Shown here piece after piece: positions 1-10,053 of a stretch of 64,000 bases of DNA. The position numbers were made by a program, and so were the translations under genes. The stretch is from an uncultured Clostridia bacterium (lineage in GTDB: Bacteria; Bacillota; Clostridia; Christensenellales; UBA1242), in the NCBI GenBank assembly GCA_934746715.1, contig CAKVFI010000003.1:164741-228740 (forward strand), written 5' to 3'. Each line of letters opens with the position of its first letter. Within the stretch, counting starts at the first letter, position 1. The notes under the pieces are model-generated. The model was not told where the DNA came from. It did not search any database and worked only from the letters and a program-made list of their open reading frames with translations.

Positions 1-258
1 ATCAACATGAATGCAATTGATTGTGAAGATGATGAAGTGTTTACAGTTTACGCAGAACCAAGCGCAACTGCTGTTAACGAACTTGTTAAAGCGTTTGAAG
101 ACGCTGGCTACACAATTTTGAGTTCTGGTGTTGAAATGATACCACAAAATTATGTTACACTTGATGAACATAAACGCGAAACATTTGACAAAATGATAGA
201 CAAACTTAACGAAAGCGACGATGTAATTGATGTCGTTCACAATTTAGAGGAAGAGTAA
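1..258 (+). CDS. YebC/PmpR-family transcriptional regulator, C-terminal fragment (5' end outside window)
   Basis: Frame is open from base 1. VFTVYAEP...GYTILSSGVEMIPQNYVTL...VIDVVHNLE resembles the C-terminal domain of the YebC/TACO1 family. Lies upstream of ruvC. Confidence 0.8.
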   Translation: MNMNAIDCEDDEVFTVYAEPSATAVNELVKAFEDAGYTILSSGVEMIPQNYVTLDEHKRETFDKMIDKLNESDDVIDVVHNLEEE

Positions 259-261
259 AAA

Positions 262-855
262 ATGGAAACTAATGACAAATTGCTTGAAATAGTAAAACAA
301 CTTAATGACAATCGCAACAAATTGTCTGCTTTGTTTTCACTTTACAACAGTTCACTTTTGGTTGCAGAAGATAGCAGGGCAAACTTGCCAAGTTATTTTG
401 AACAACTGATTGACCACAAAAATGATTTAAGCACAATCACAAAAGATATTTCTTCCGCTCCAAAAACAGAAAGGAGCAGTGTTTTAAACAAAAGCAAATC
501 AAAAATCAACCGTTTAAACAGCGAAGTTGAACAAGTGAATAAAGATTTTGCTCAAGCCACAAAACAATATCGCGTTGCATTGCAAGAATGTGGCAGCCTT
601 AAAACCGAATATAAGCACGAAGTTAGCAATCTTTGCAAGGATTTTAAGGCCAATGTGGACGAAAACACTCCAGCAATTGTCATTAAGGGGTACAAACAAC
701 AAGTTAAAATCATCAAAGCAATTCTGGACAAAATTGAAATGCTTATCAGTGATTATAATGTTAAAAAGAACCAATTGGAGCAAGACAATACTCGCTTTAA
801 CGAACTCTATTCAAGCGTAAGCAGTTTGATTGACCAATTGCAAAAAATAGCGTAA
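262..855 (+). CDS. hypothetical coiled-coil protein (197 aa)
   Basis: SD GAGGAAG precedes the ATG. Heptad-rich K/E/Q/N sequence with no domain I recognise. Inserted between yebC and ruvC. Confidence 0.55.
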   Translation: METNDKLLEIVKQLNDNRNKLSALFSLYNSSLLVAEDSRANLPSYFEQLIDHKNDLSTITKDISSAPKTERSSVLNKSKSKINRLNSEVEQVNKDFAQATKQYRVALQECGSLKTEYKHEVSNLCKDFKANVDENTPAIVIKGYKQQVKIIKAILDKIEMLISDYNVKKNQLEQDNTRFNELYSSVSSLIDQLQKIA

Positions 856-865
856 AAGGGAAAGA

Positions 866-1351
866 ATGAGAATTTTAGGCATAGACCCAGGTTACAACAT
901 TGTGGGTTATGGCGTGATTGAAACAAATGGTTGCAAAGTGGTGGACTTTGGCGTTATTACCACGCCAAAATCTATGAGCATAAGTAGCCGATTAAACACA
1001 ATTTATCAAGCAACTTGCGAGTTGATGGAAACTTTTAAGCCAGACCAAGTTGCTTTTGAAGAATTGTTTTTTAATACCAACAACACAACCGCAATCCCAG
1101 TTGCAGAAGCCCGCGGTGTGCTGATTGTAGCGTCAAAGCAATACACAGACAAATTGTTTGAATACACTCCACTTCAAATCAAACAAGCGTTAACAGGCAA
1201 TGGTAGGGCAGAAAAAAAACAAGTTCAGTTTATGGTTAAAAACATTTTGGGTTTAAGCCAAACTCCAAAACCAGACGACGCAGCGGACGCACTTGCAGTT
1301 GCTCTCACACATATGCAAACTAATTCCGTGATGAGCGACAATTCAATCTAA
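866..1351 (+). CDS. ruvC: crossover junction endodeoxyribonuclease RuvC
   Basis: MRILGIDPGYNIVGYGVIE, FEELFF and DDAADALAVAL carry the RuvC acidic catalytic residues. 161 aa. Confidence 0.93.
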   Translation: MRILGIDPGYNIVGYGVIETNGCKVVDFGVITTPKSMSISSRLNTIYQATCELMETFKPDQVAFEELFFNTNNTTAIPVAEARGVLIVASKQYTDKLFEYTPLQIKQALTGNGRAEKKQVQFMVKNILGLSQTPKPDDAADALAVALTHMQTNSVMSDNSI

Positions 1352-1433
1352 TGTTTAGTAATATAGATTTTAATTTAGCGCATATATTTAACCATGTAAA
1401 TTTGAATAAGTTAAAATAAAAAAGGAGAAAAGT

Positions 1434-1913
1434 ATGATTTTATTTTGGATGAAGGCTTTTAAAAAGCCAAACACAGAGCAAGACGAGGCTCTTAAACAAA
1501 TGTATTTGTCCTTAACTGGTAAAAACCAAAAAAAGTTGGATAGGCATTACAAAATGGTTTTTTCAATTTACTTAATTATTGCATTACTGTGCTTGATTGC
1601 AACCATTGGATACAGTGTGTTTTATTTAATGATCGGTGGTCATAACACAATTAGTTTGATTGCTGATTTTGTTTTTGTTGCACTTTCAATTTACGCAACT
1701 TACACTTCATCTTCATGGTTTAGAGCTAAGCCATATCAACGCATTTTAATTAATATGGAATACATGCAAAGATTGTATGAAAACCAAGACAACACTTTGC
1801 CAACAGAATCTCAAGTTGTTAACAAAATCGTTGAAGAAGAAAAACAAACAGACGAAACCACAGAAGCAACCAAAACTGAACAATCTAACGAAAATGATAA
1901 CCAAACAAAATAG
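1434..1913 (+). CDS. hypothetical membrane protein (2 TM, acidic/polar tail)
   Basis: SD AAAGGAG precedes the ATG. Two hydrophobic segments (MVFSIYLIIALLCLIATIGY, ISLIADFVFVALSIYATY). Inserted between ruvC and ruvA. Confidence 0.55.
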   Translation: MILFWMKAFKKPNTEQDEALKQMYLSLTGKNQKKLDRHYKMVFSIYLIIALLCLIATIGYSVFYLMIGGHNTISLIADFVFVALSIYATYTSSSWFRAKPYQRILINMEYMQRLYENQDNTLPTESQVVNKIVEEEKQTDETTEATKTEQSNENDNQTK

Positions 1914-1928
1914 TTAATAAGGGAAAAT

Positions 1929-2525
1929 ATGATAGGATTTATTAAAGGCATATTAAGGGAAAAAGATATTGATAATGTAACCGTTGAATGCAATGGGGTT
2001 GGTTTTCAAATTTACGTAACAAAAAGTTGCATGCTTGCCATGCCTGCAATTGATGAAGAAGTTAAAATTTACACCTATATGCATGTTAGGGAAGATGAAA
2101 TGAGTCTGTATGGCTTTGTCAGCCCAGAAGAAAAACGTTTGTTTATGCAACTTATCTCCGTGTCTGGTGTGGGCAGCAAAACCGCCATTGCAATTTTGTC
2201 AGCAGAAAAAATGAACAAAATTGTTAACAGCATTGTTGCGCAAGATGTTTCTGTTATTGGCTCTTGCAAAGGCATTGGCAAAAAAACTGCAGAGCGCATT
2301 ATTGTTGAACTTAAGGACAAAATCAAACCTTTTGATTTCTTGTTGCCAGGGGTTAATCCGTTTGAAGCAGAAACAAACAATCAATATTTGGACGATGCTA
2401 TTGTTGTGCTCACAAGCCTTGGCATGAGCAAAGCAGAAGCCACAAAACGCGCAAAATCAGTTGCAACAGAAACCGACACTGGCGAATCAATTGTTGCAAA
2501 AGTTTTGCATTCTATGGGGGAATAA
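1929..2525 (+). CDS. ruvA: Holliday junction DNA helicase subunit RuvA
   Basis: MIGFIKGIL N-terminus and two HhH motifs (VSGVGSKTAIAIL, KGIGKKTAERII). 198 aa, directly upstream of ruvB. Confidence 0.92.
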   Translation: MIGFIKGILREKDIDNVTVECNGVGFQIYVTKSCMLAMPAIDEEVKIYTYMHVREDEMSLYGFVSPEEKRLFMQLISVSGVGSKTAIAILSAEKMNKIVNSIVAQDVSVIGSCKGIGKKTAERIIVELKDKIKPFDFLLPGVNPFEAETNNQYLDDAIVVLTSLGMSKAEATKRAKSVATETDTGESIVAKVLHSMGE

Positions 2526-2545
2526 ACAATTTTTAAAGGACAATT

Positions 2546-3595
2546 ATGGAAGAAAGAGATAGATTTATTAGCAGCACCAAAAATATGAGCGATGTTGAAG
2601 TTGAAAACAAACTTCGACCTATGTCTTTTGACGAATACACTGGGCAAGAAAAAATTAAAGCCAATTTAAAAGTGTATATTGCCGCTGCAAAAAAGCGTAA
2701 AGAAGCATTGGATCACGTTTTGCTTTATGGCCCACCGGGGCTTGGCAAAACAACATTAAGCCACATTATCGCCAACGAAATTGGCAGCCAAATCAAAATA
2801 ACCAGTGGCCCAAGCATTGAAAATGCTGCTGACCTTGCTGCAATTTTAACCAATCTCAACACAAATGATGTGCTTTTTATTGATGAAATTCACCGCATAA
2901 GCAAATCAGTTGAAGAAATTTTGTATCCAGCAATGGAAGATTACGCTCTTGATTTTATCGTTGGCAAAGGCCCAAGCGCACGTAGTATGCGCCTTAAAAT
3001 TCAACCTTTTACATTGATTGGCGCAACAACAAAAGCGGGCAATTTAAGCAGCCCTTTGCGTGATAGGTTTGGCATTTCTTGCCGTTTGGAACTTTACACA
3101 GTGGACGAAATTGCGCAAATCATCGCGCGTTCTGCCAGCATTTTGAATGTTAGCATAGATAAAGATGCAACTTATGAACTTGCTCGCCGCAGCCGTGGAA
3201 CACCACGTATTGCAAACCGCCTTTTAAAGCGTGTGCGCGATTACGTGCAAGTTGAAGATAAAGACAATATTGGCGTGGAAGATGCAAAAAAGGCTCTCAC
3301 TCTTATGGATATTGATGAACTCGGGCTTGATTATGTTGACAAACGCGTGCTTAAAGCAATGATAGAAAAGTTTGGGGGTGGCCCAGTTGGTTTGGAAACT
3401 TTGTCGGCAACCACAAATGAAGAAATTTCAACAATCGAAGATATTGTTGAGCCATATCTGATGCAACTTGGTTTTGTTTTGCGCACAAACAGGGGCAGAA
3501 TGGTCACACGTTTGGCGTATGAGCACTTTGGCTTGCCAGTGCCAAAATCTTTGCAAGTTGATGTAACTGAAGGGGAAGATAATGAAAGCAAGTAA
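2546..3595 (+). CDS. ruvB: Holliday junction DNA helicase RuvB
   Basis: [13 protein letters not shown], Walker [31 protein letters not shown]. Confidence 0.97.
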   Translation: MEERDRFISSTKNMSDVEVENKLRPMSFDEYTGQEKIKANLKVYIAAAKKRKEALDHVLLYGPPGLGKTTLSHIIANEIGSQIKITSGPSIENAADLAAILTNLNTNDVLFIDEIHRISKSVEEILYPAMEDYALDFIVGKGPSARSMRLKIQPFTLIGATTKAGNLSSPLRDRFGISCRLELYTVDEIAQIIARSASILNVSIDKDATYELARRSRGTPRIANRLLKRVRDYVQVEDKDNIGVEDAKKALTLMDIDELGLDYVDKRVLKAMIEKFGGGPVGLETLSATTNEEISTIEDIVEPYLMQLGFVLRTNRGRMVTRLAYEHFGLPVPKSLQVDVTEGEDNESK

Positions 3596-4673
3596 ATTAT
3601 CTAGTTTAACAACAAAAAAACAACCAGCAAAAAAGCAACCACAAGTGGACTATCAAAAATTGTCGACTTATGATTACTATTTGCCAGAAGAACTTATTGC
3701 ACAAACTCCACTTGAAAAACGAGATGAAAGCAAACTGCTTGTTTTTAACCGAAAAACAAAGGAAATCAAGCAAAGGCATTTTAAAGATATAACAGAATTT
3801 TTGCAAAAAGGTGATGTGCTTGTTGTTAACAACACTCGAGTTTTGCCTGCGCGGTTATATGGCAAAAAAGCAACTGGTGCAAACATTGAAGTGTTGCTTT
3901 TAAAACGCATTAATATGGACGAGTGGGAAGTGCTTATCAAACCGGCAAAGCGTGTTCCAGTTGGCACTGTTGTAACTTTTAATGACGAATTAAAGTGCGA
4001 AATCATGTCTGTTAAAGAAGACGGAAATCGCATTGTTAAATTTGTTTATGATGGCGTTTTTGAAGATATTTTGTCCCGCGTTGGTCAAATGCCGTTGCCA
4101 CATTATATCCATGAAAAATTGAAGGATAAAGAACGTTATCAAACAGTTTACAACAAAGTTGAAGGCAGTGCCGCAGCACCAACTGCTGGATTGCACTTTA
4201 CTAAAGAACTTCTTCAAAAAATTCAAGATATGGGGGTGGAGATAGTTGAACTTACCCTTGATGTTGGGCTTGGCACATTCCGCCCATGCAAGGAAGATGA
4301 CATAACCAAACACACCATGCACACAGAACATTATCATTTAAGCGAACAAGCAGCAGAAAGAATAAATTTGGCAAAAAAAGAAAACCGCCGTGTTATTGCT
4401 GTTGGTACAACCAGTGTGCGCACACTTGAAAGTGTTGCGTTAAAAGGCGTGCCACTTATGGCCGATGATGACAACACTAGCATATTTATTTATCCGCCAT
4501 ACAAATTTAAAATTGTTGACGCCCTCATTACAAATTTTCATTTGCCAAAATCAACTTTAATTATGTTGATTAGCGCATTTGCAGGCTATGAAAACACTAT
4601 GAATTTGTATGAATTTGCTGTTGAAAATCAATATCGCTTTTTCAGTTTTGGCGATAGCATGTTTATTGAATAA
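3582..4673 (+). CDS. queA: S-adenosylmethionine:tRNA ribosyltransferase-isomerase QueA
   Basis: [46 protein letters not shown] and [10 protein letters not shown] are typical QueA blocks. Overlaps the ruvB stop by 14 nt. Carries about 25 extra K/Q-rich N-terminal residues. Confidence 0.94.
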   Translation: MKASKLSSLTTKKQPAKKQPQVDYQKLSTYDYYLPEELIAQTPLEKRDESKLLVFNRKTKEIKQRHFKDITEFLQKGDVLVVNNTRVLPARLYGKKATGANIEVLLLKRINMDEWEVLIKPAKRVPVGTVVTFNDELKCEIMSVKEDGNRIVKFVYDGVFEDILSRVGQMPLPHYIHEKLKDKERYQTVYNKVEGSAAAPTAGLHFTKELLQKIQDMGVEIVELTLDVGLGTFRPCKEDDITKHTMHTEHYHLSEQAAERINLAKKENRRVIAVGTTSVRTLESVALKGVPLMADDDNTSIFIYPPYKFKIVDALITNFHLPKSTLIMLISAFAGYENTMNLYEFAVENQYRFFSFGDSMFIE

Positions 4674-4725
4674 TTTAAAATTAAATGCAACAAATTTTTA
4701 ATATTTTTTTGTGCAAAAAAATTAA

Positions 4726-5907
<1,182 letters not shown>

Positions 5908-6037
5908 AATCTAATTGTTGTGTGATGAAAATTGAATATTAAAATTCACTTTTGATTAATTTAAACAAAATTTTTCATTTTGCAACATAAAAATTTAGAT
6001 TTTTTAAAGTTTAATTTTATATATTTGTTAAAAAGGT

Positions 6038-6067
6038 TTGACAGTTTGTTTAATCTTTTGTTAGAAT
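6038..6067 (+). promoter_or_regulatory. sigma-A type promoter for yajC
   Basis: TTGACA (6038-6043), 18 nt spacer, TAGAAT (6062-6067). Confidence 0.6.
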
Positions 6068-6094
6068 TGTGTCAGTTAAATTAAAGGGGATATT

Positions 6095-6523
6095 ATGGAA
6101 ATTGTTTTATTGGTAGTTTTACTTGTTTTGGTAGTGGCATTGTTTGTTTTGTCTTATTTCAAGAAAAAGAAATTTAACACAGAGCTTGGCTCAATGCGTG
6201 AAGAACTTAAACCAGGCGACAAAGTTATGACAGACACTGGCGTTGTTGGTGAAGTTGTTGAATCTTTCCAAGAAGATGAATACAAATACTTTGTGCTTAA
6301 AACTGGTCGTGGTGAGCACACTGGTTACTTCACAGTTCATGCAAATGCAATTTATTATGTTTTTGGCAAGGAAGATCAACAAAATCAAACAAAAAAAGTT
6401 GTTGTTGTAAAACCACAACCAAAAGCAGAAGTTAAGGAAGAAAAATCAGAAGTTGAAGCAGAACCAGCAAAGGAAGAAAAAGCTGAAAAACCTGCAAAAA
6501 CAGAAAAGAAATCTTCAAAATAA
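6095..6523 (+). CDS. yajC: preprotein translocase subunit YajC with K/E/A-rich C-terminal tail
   Basis: N-terminal TM followed by LKPGDKVMTDTGVVGEVVE, the YajC signature. SD AAAGGGG. 142 aa, longer than typical because of the charged tail. Confidence 0.85.
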   Translation: MEIVLLVVLLVLVVALFVLSYFKKKKFNTELGSMREELKPGDKVMTDTGVVGEVVESFQEDEYKYFVLKTGRGEHTGYFTVHANAIYYVFGKEDQQNQTKKVVVVKPQPKAEVKEEKSEVEAEPAKEEKAEKPAKTEKKSSK

Positions 6524-6537
6524 TTTAAATAAATTAA

Positions 6538-6562
6538 ATGCCAAATTATGGCATTTTTTTTT
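6538..6562 (+). terminator. intrinsic terminator after yajC
   Basis: ATGCCA-aatta-TGGCAT followed by T9. Confidence 0.8.
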
Positions 6563-6857
6563 GTGCAAAACTGCATTAAACAAAGTTAACTAGTTAGTCC
6601 AATATGATGAAAGATATTTCAGATTGCCATTCTAAACAAAACAAACGATTTAAAATCTTAAAAAATCCCTTTAATTGTTAGTGTTGTTAAAAATTTTTTA
6701 ATCATACTGCACGCTAAAAAAATTTAATTTTCCATTTTTTCAAAGCACAGCCAAAATTTGAAAGCGCATATACAATTTCTTCAAAACAAGCCTTTTTACA
6801 ACATTATTTTTGGTTCTTTAATTTGTGCAAACAAATAAGTTAAAGTAGGAGGGAAAT

Positions 6858-7256
6858 ATGGAAAAAGAAAAATCAGGTATTTCACGAGAAATTGTTTCAA
6901 TAGTTAAAAGTTGTTTGTTGGGGTTGGTTGTAACCTTAATTGGAACAGTTGTTTTGGCTGTTGTGCTTAAATTTGCAGATATTCCAAGCAAAGTTGTTTC
7001 TTACATCAATGATATTATAAAAGCGTTGTCCATCTTTTTTGTTGTGCTTGTGCTTAAAAAATCAACAGACGAAAAATTGTTGGTGCGCGCAATTATCGCT
7101 GGGGCAGTCTATGGTTTGCTTTCATTTGTAATTTTTTCAATTTTGAATGGCGGTTTCCATTTTAGCTTAAGCATTTTGTTTGATTTGATTTTTGCAGTTG
7201 TTGTTGCTATTGTTGCCTCAATAATTTTCAAACTTACAAGCAAAAAAACCGCTTAA
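6858..7256 (+). CDS. small integral membrane protein (about 4 TM); YrzE/TIGR04086-like by position only
   Basis: SD AGGAGGG. Hydrophobic throughout. Lies between yajC and secD, where B. subtilis has yrzE; that identification is tentative. Confidence 0.55.
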   Translation: MEKEKSGISREIVSIVKSCLLGLVVTLIGTVVLAVVLKFADIPSKVVSYINDIIKALSIFFVVLVLKKSTDEKLLVRAIIAGAVYGLLSFVIFSILNGGFHFSLSILFDLIFAVVVAIVASIIFKLTSKKTA

Positions 7257-7336
7257 GTATATATCAATGCTCACATAATCACGGCAAGCCAATATTTACG
7301 TCATTATAGCATATTAATACTCATAAATCATTTCGA

Positions 7337-7350
7337 GCAAACTTGTTTGC
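7337..7350. repeat. perfect 14-bp palindrome GCAAAC-TT-GTTTGC
   Basis: Read directly from the sequence. Lies in the 486-bp gap upstream of secD. Confidence 0.7.
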
Positions 7351-7404
7351 GAGCAAATCTATTATAGATACACTCGAAAGTTAGCACTTTCTCGGTATGA
7401 CACT

Positions 7405-7513
7405 GTCATCCTGAGCGTAGTCGAAGGATCTTGCACGTAGTGCTTTTAAACAAATGATTTAATTCTCAAAATCTTGCTATGCTCGAAAGATTCTTCACTG
7501 CGTTCAGAATGAC
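7405..7513. repeat. imperfect 25/26-nt inverted repeat (GTCATCCTGAGCGTAGTCGAAGGATC versus rc GTCATTCTGAACGCAGTGAAGAATC), arms 58 nt apart
   Basis: Arm 1 is 7405-7430 and arm 2 is 7489-7513. 21 positions are identical, the 4 substitutions are all transitions, and there is one 1-nt gap. A related copy lies at 22641-22672. Confidence 0.8.
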
Positions 7514-7691
7514 ATAATTATAACACGACTTTTGTTCCGCTCAACAAAACAAAAGGTACTGATACAAGCACTCAACATGACATCATAAAAAACAATTTTA
7601 AAAACATGTTACAAAAACAAACTTTTTGGGCAATAATTTAGTTATTTATTAAATTAATACTAGTTAGTTTTATATTTTGCGTTTGTTTCGT

Positions 7692-7720
7692 TTGACAATA
7701 ATGCAAATTTTGTTTATAAT
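7692..7720 (+). promoter_or_regulatory. consensus sigma-A promoter for secDF
   Basis: TTGACA (7692-7697), 17 nt spacer, TATAAT (7715-7720). Confidence 0.8.
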
Positions 7721-7742
7721 CTAACTGATTTAGGAGAATTAA

Positions 7743-9056
7743 ATGACTAAAAAACGCTCAAAAAGTTTATTTGTTATTTTTGCAATAATTTTAGTTATAG
7801 GTTTGCTTGCAACGTTTGTTAATTTCACATATCCATTAACAATCAATGGCAAATATTTTTCTTACTCCAATTTTGTTTCAAACTTAAAATTGGGCGAAGA
7901 TATTGGTCAAACTTATCGCATAATTTATCGTGCAGAATTGCTTGAAAATGAAATTGATTCAAATTACGACAATTTAACAAATTCTGCAATGCAAAAAATA
8001 CTTAAAATTGTTGAAAATGAAGGTTTTAAAGATGCCACAATCACAAGATATGGCGAAGATAAAGTTGCACTTCAAGTGGCAGTTGATGGGGAAGAAGATA
8101 TCACAAATTTGACAAGTTTGGTTGGTGAGCCTGCCAGAATTAGTTTTTCTATGGAACAAGACCAAACAAAGGCATTTATCGATGCTTCAAACATCAAAAA
8201 TGTTAGTTCACAAAGTTATTACAACAGTGAAACAGGCAAAATGCTTTACTATGTTCGCATAGATTTTAACGATGATGTTAAAGATGAAATTGCAACAAAA
8301 ACCGCCGAGGGTGGCAAACTGTACATCTATTTTGGTGACGAACTTTTCACTCAAATGGATTTAGGTGGCAATGCTATCACAGATGGCATGATTGTTATTC
8401 AAAGCGATGCTTTCACAAGTCAAATAGTTGCAAACACATATGCAAACAAAATTCGTTCTGGCATGTTGGATGTTAATTTAACAAAAATTGACGCTGGCAA
8501 AATGAGCGCAACATATGGCAGGGGAGCAAGCGTTTATGTTTATGTGCTTTTAGCTGTTTTTGCAATCGCCGTGCTTGCACTTTTGGTTGTTAAATATCGC
8601 GATATGGGTTGGCTCAGTGCTTTTGCAATGTTGTTCTTTGTTGTTATTGGTTTGTTCTTGCTTCAATCAATCCCAGCAGTGCATTTAAATTTTGCTGGCG
8701 TTATTGGCTTGATGCTTGCATATTTGCTTATGGCAGACAGTTTGGTTTCTGTTTTGGAAAACGCAAAACGCCATTATCAAGCAGACACAAAACTTTATAT
8801 TGCATTCAAACTTGCTTTCAAAGAAAGTTTGGTTCGCATATTTGTTAACAACACATTGTTTGCATTGCTTGGATTTGCTTGCATGTTTATGCCAAGTTTG
8901 GGCATTCAATCTTTTGGTTGGGTTGCATTTGTTTTGCCATTTGTAAGCGTGTTTGTAAGCCTTGCTTTAATGCGCTTGTTTGTTGCAATGTACCTTGCAA
9001 TCAACAACGAAGATGGCAAAAAGTGTAACTTCCACAAAGGAGGAAAAAATGCTTAA
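7743..9056 (+). CDS. secD: protein translocase subunit SecD
   Basis: N-terminal TM, large extracytoplasmic domain and a C-terminal 5-TM bundle. SD AGGAG. Directly followed by secF. Confidence 0.9.
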   Translation: MTKKRSKSLFVIFAIILVIGLLATFVNFTYPLTINGKYFSYSNFVSNLKLGEDIGQTYRIIYRAELLENEIDSNYDNLTNSAMQKILKIVENEGFKDATITRYGEDKVALQVAVDGEEDITNLTSLVGEPARISFSMEQDQTKAFIDASNIKNVSSQSYYNSETGKMLYYVRIDFNDDVKDEIATKTAEGGKLYIYFGDELFTQMDLGGNAITDGMIVIQSDAFTSQIVANTYANKIRSGMLDVNLTKIDAGKMSATYGRGASVYVYVLLAVFAIAVLALLVVKYRDMGWLSAFAMLFFVVIGLFLLQSIPAVHLNFAGVIGLMLAYLLMADSLVSVLENAKRHYQADTKLYIAFKLAFKESLVRIFVNNTLFALLGFACMFMPSLGIQSFGWVAFVLPFVSVFVSLALMRLFVAMYLAINNEDGKKCNFHKGGKNA

Positions 9057-9996
9057 TAGAGATTTTACAAAGTCTAATAAAGATTATTTTAACAAAAATA
9101 AAATTGTTTTGATTGTTTTGGCGTTATTCCTTGTTGTTGGCATTCTTCTTGCTTGCACAGTTAAATTGCGTGGCAATTTTGAACTTGCCGGTTACAACGA
9201 GTTTTCTGTTAAAATAGGCAGCGAAACAAAAGTTAACACCGCATCAAAAAAGGTTGAACAAGTTGTCAAGTCATACAATTCTGGTTTTGACACAATTTTG
9301 GTTTATGGTGAAGGCGACGACACTCAATTAGTAGTTCGTTATTTGAAAGATTTGTCCGCTGATGAAAAAACAGAAATTGCAACAAAAGTTGCAGAAAAAC
9401 TTGGAATTGGCGTTGAAAATGTTAGTGAACACAATCATGTTGCAGCAGTTGTAAAAAACACTGATTACATCTTTGCAAGCGTTGCAATCTTGTTGCTTGT
9501 TGCATTGGCTTCATTGTTTGCATTTATTCGTTACAATGGGGCAAGCGCCTTGGCAGTTATCATCAGTTGTTTGATTGGTAGTGCAGGTTTTGTGTCAATT
9601 TGTGCAATTTTGAGATTGACAGTTGGAATGAGCATTTTCACAATTATGATTGTTTTGAATTTGCTTATTGTTTATGGCTGCTTGAATGTGTTTGAGTCTA
9701 TGCGCAAGGATTCATGGTTGGAAGCAGGCGACTACGCAAACGCAATAAAAACAGCAATGAATCAATCCAAATTTAGGATGAACGCTTTGGCAATTGCAGT
9801 GTTTGCATTTGGATTGTTGTTTGTGTTCATTGCACCAAGTGCGCTTAAATATGTTGCACTTAACCTTATGTTTGTGGCAGTTGTTGAACTTGCAGTTTGC
9901 TTGTTTGTTTTGCCATTTGTTTGGAGTGCGTGCATCACACATTGCAAAAAACGCGTTAAAAAAGTTAAGCAAGCAAAACCAACAGTGGAAGAATAG
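9049..9996 (+). CDS. secF: protein translocase subunit SecF
   Basis: I take the start at ATG 9049, behind AAAGGAGG, rather than the track start at 8980. SecF topology: one TM, a periplasmic domain, then 5 TM. Confidence 0.88.
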   Translation: MLNRDFTKSNKDYFNKNKIVLIVLALFLVVGILLACTVKLRGNFELAGYNEFSVKIGSETKVNTASKKVEQVVKSYNSGFDTILVYGEGDDTQLVVRYLKDLSADEKTEIATKVAEKLGIGVENVSEHNHVAAVVKNTDYIFASVAILLLVALASLFAFIRYNGASALAVIISCLIGSAGFVSICAILRLTVGMSIFTIMIVLNLLIVYGCLNVFESMRKDSWLEAGDYANAIKTAMNQSKFRMNALAIAVFAFGLLFVFIAPSALKYVALNLMFVAVVELAVCLFVLPFVWSACITHCKKRVKKVKQAKPTVEE

Positions 9997-10003
9997 TAAA
10001 ATT

Positions 10004-10030
10004 AGCCTTTCATTTGAAAGGCTTTTTCTT
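10004..10030 (+). terminator. intrinsic terminator after secF
   Basis: AGCCTTTC-attt-GAAAGGCT followed by TTTTTCTTT. Confidence 0.85.
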
Positions 10031-10053
10031 TAAAAAAACGATATGGATAAAAA

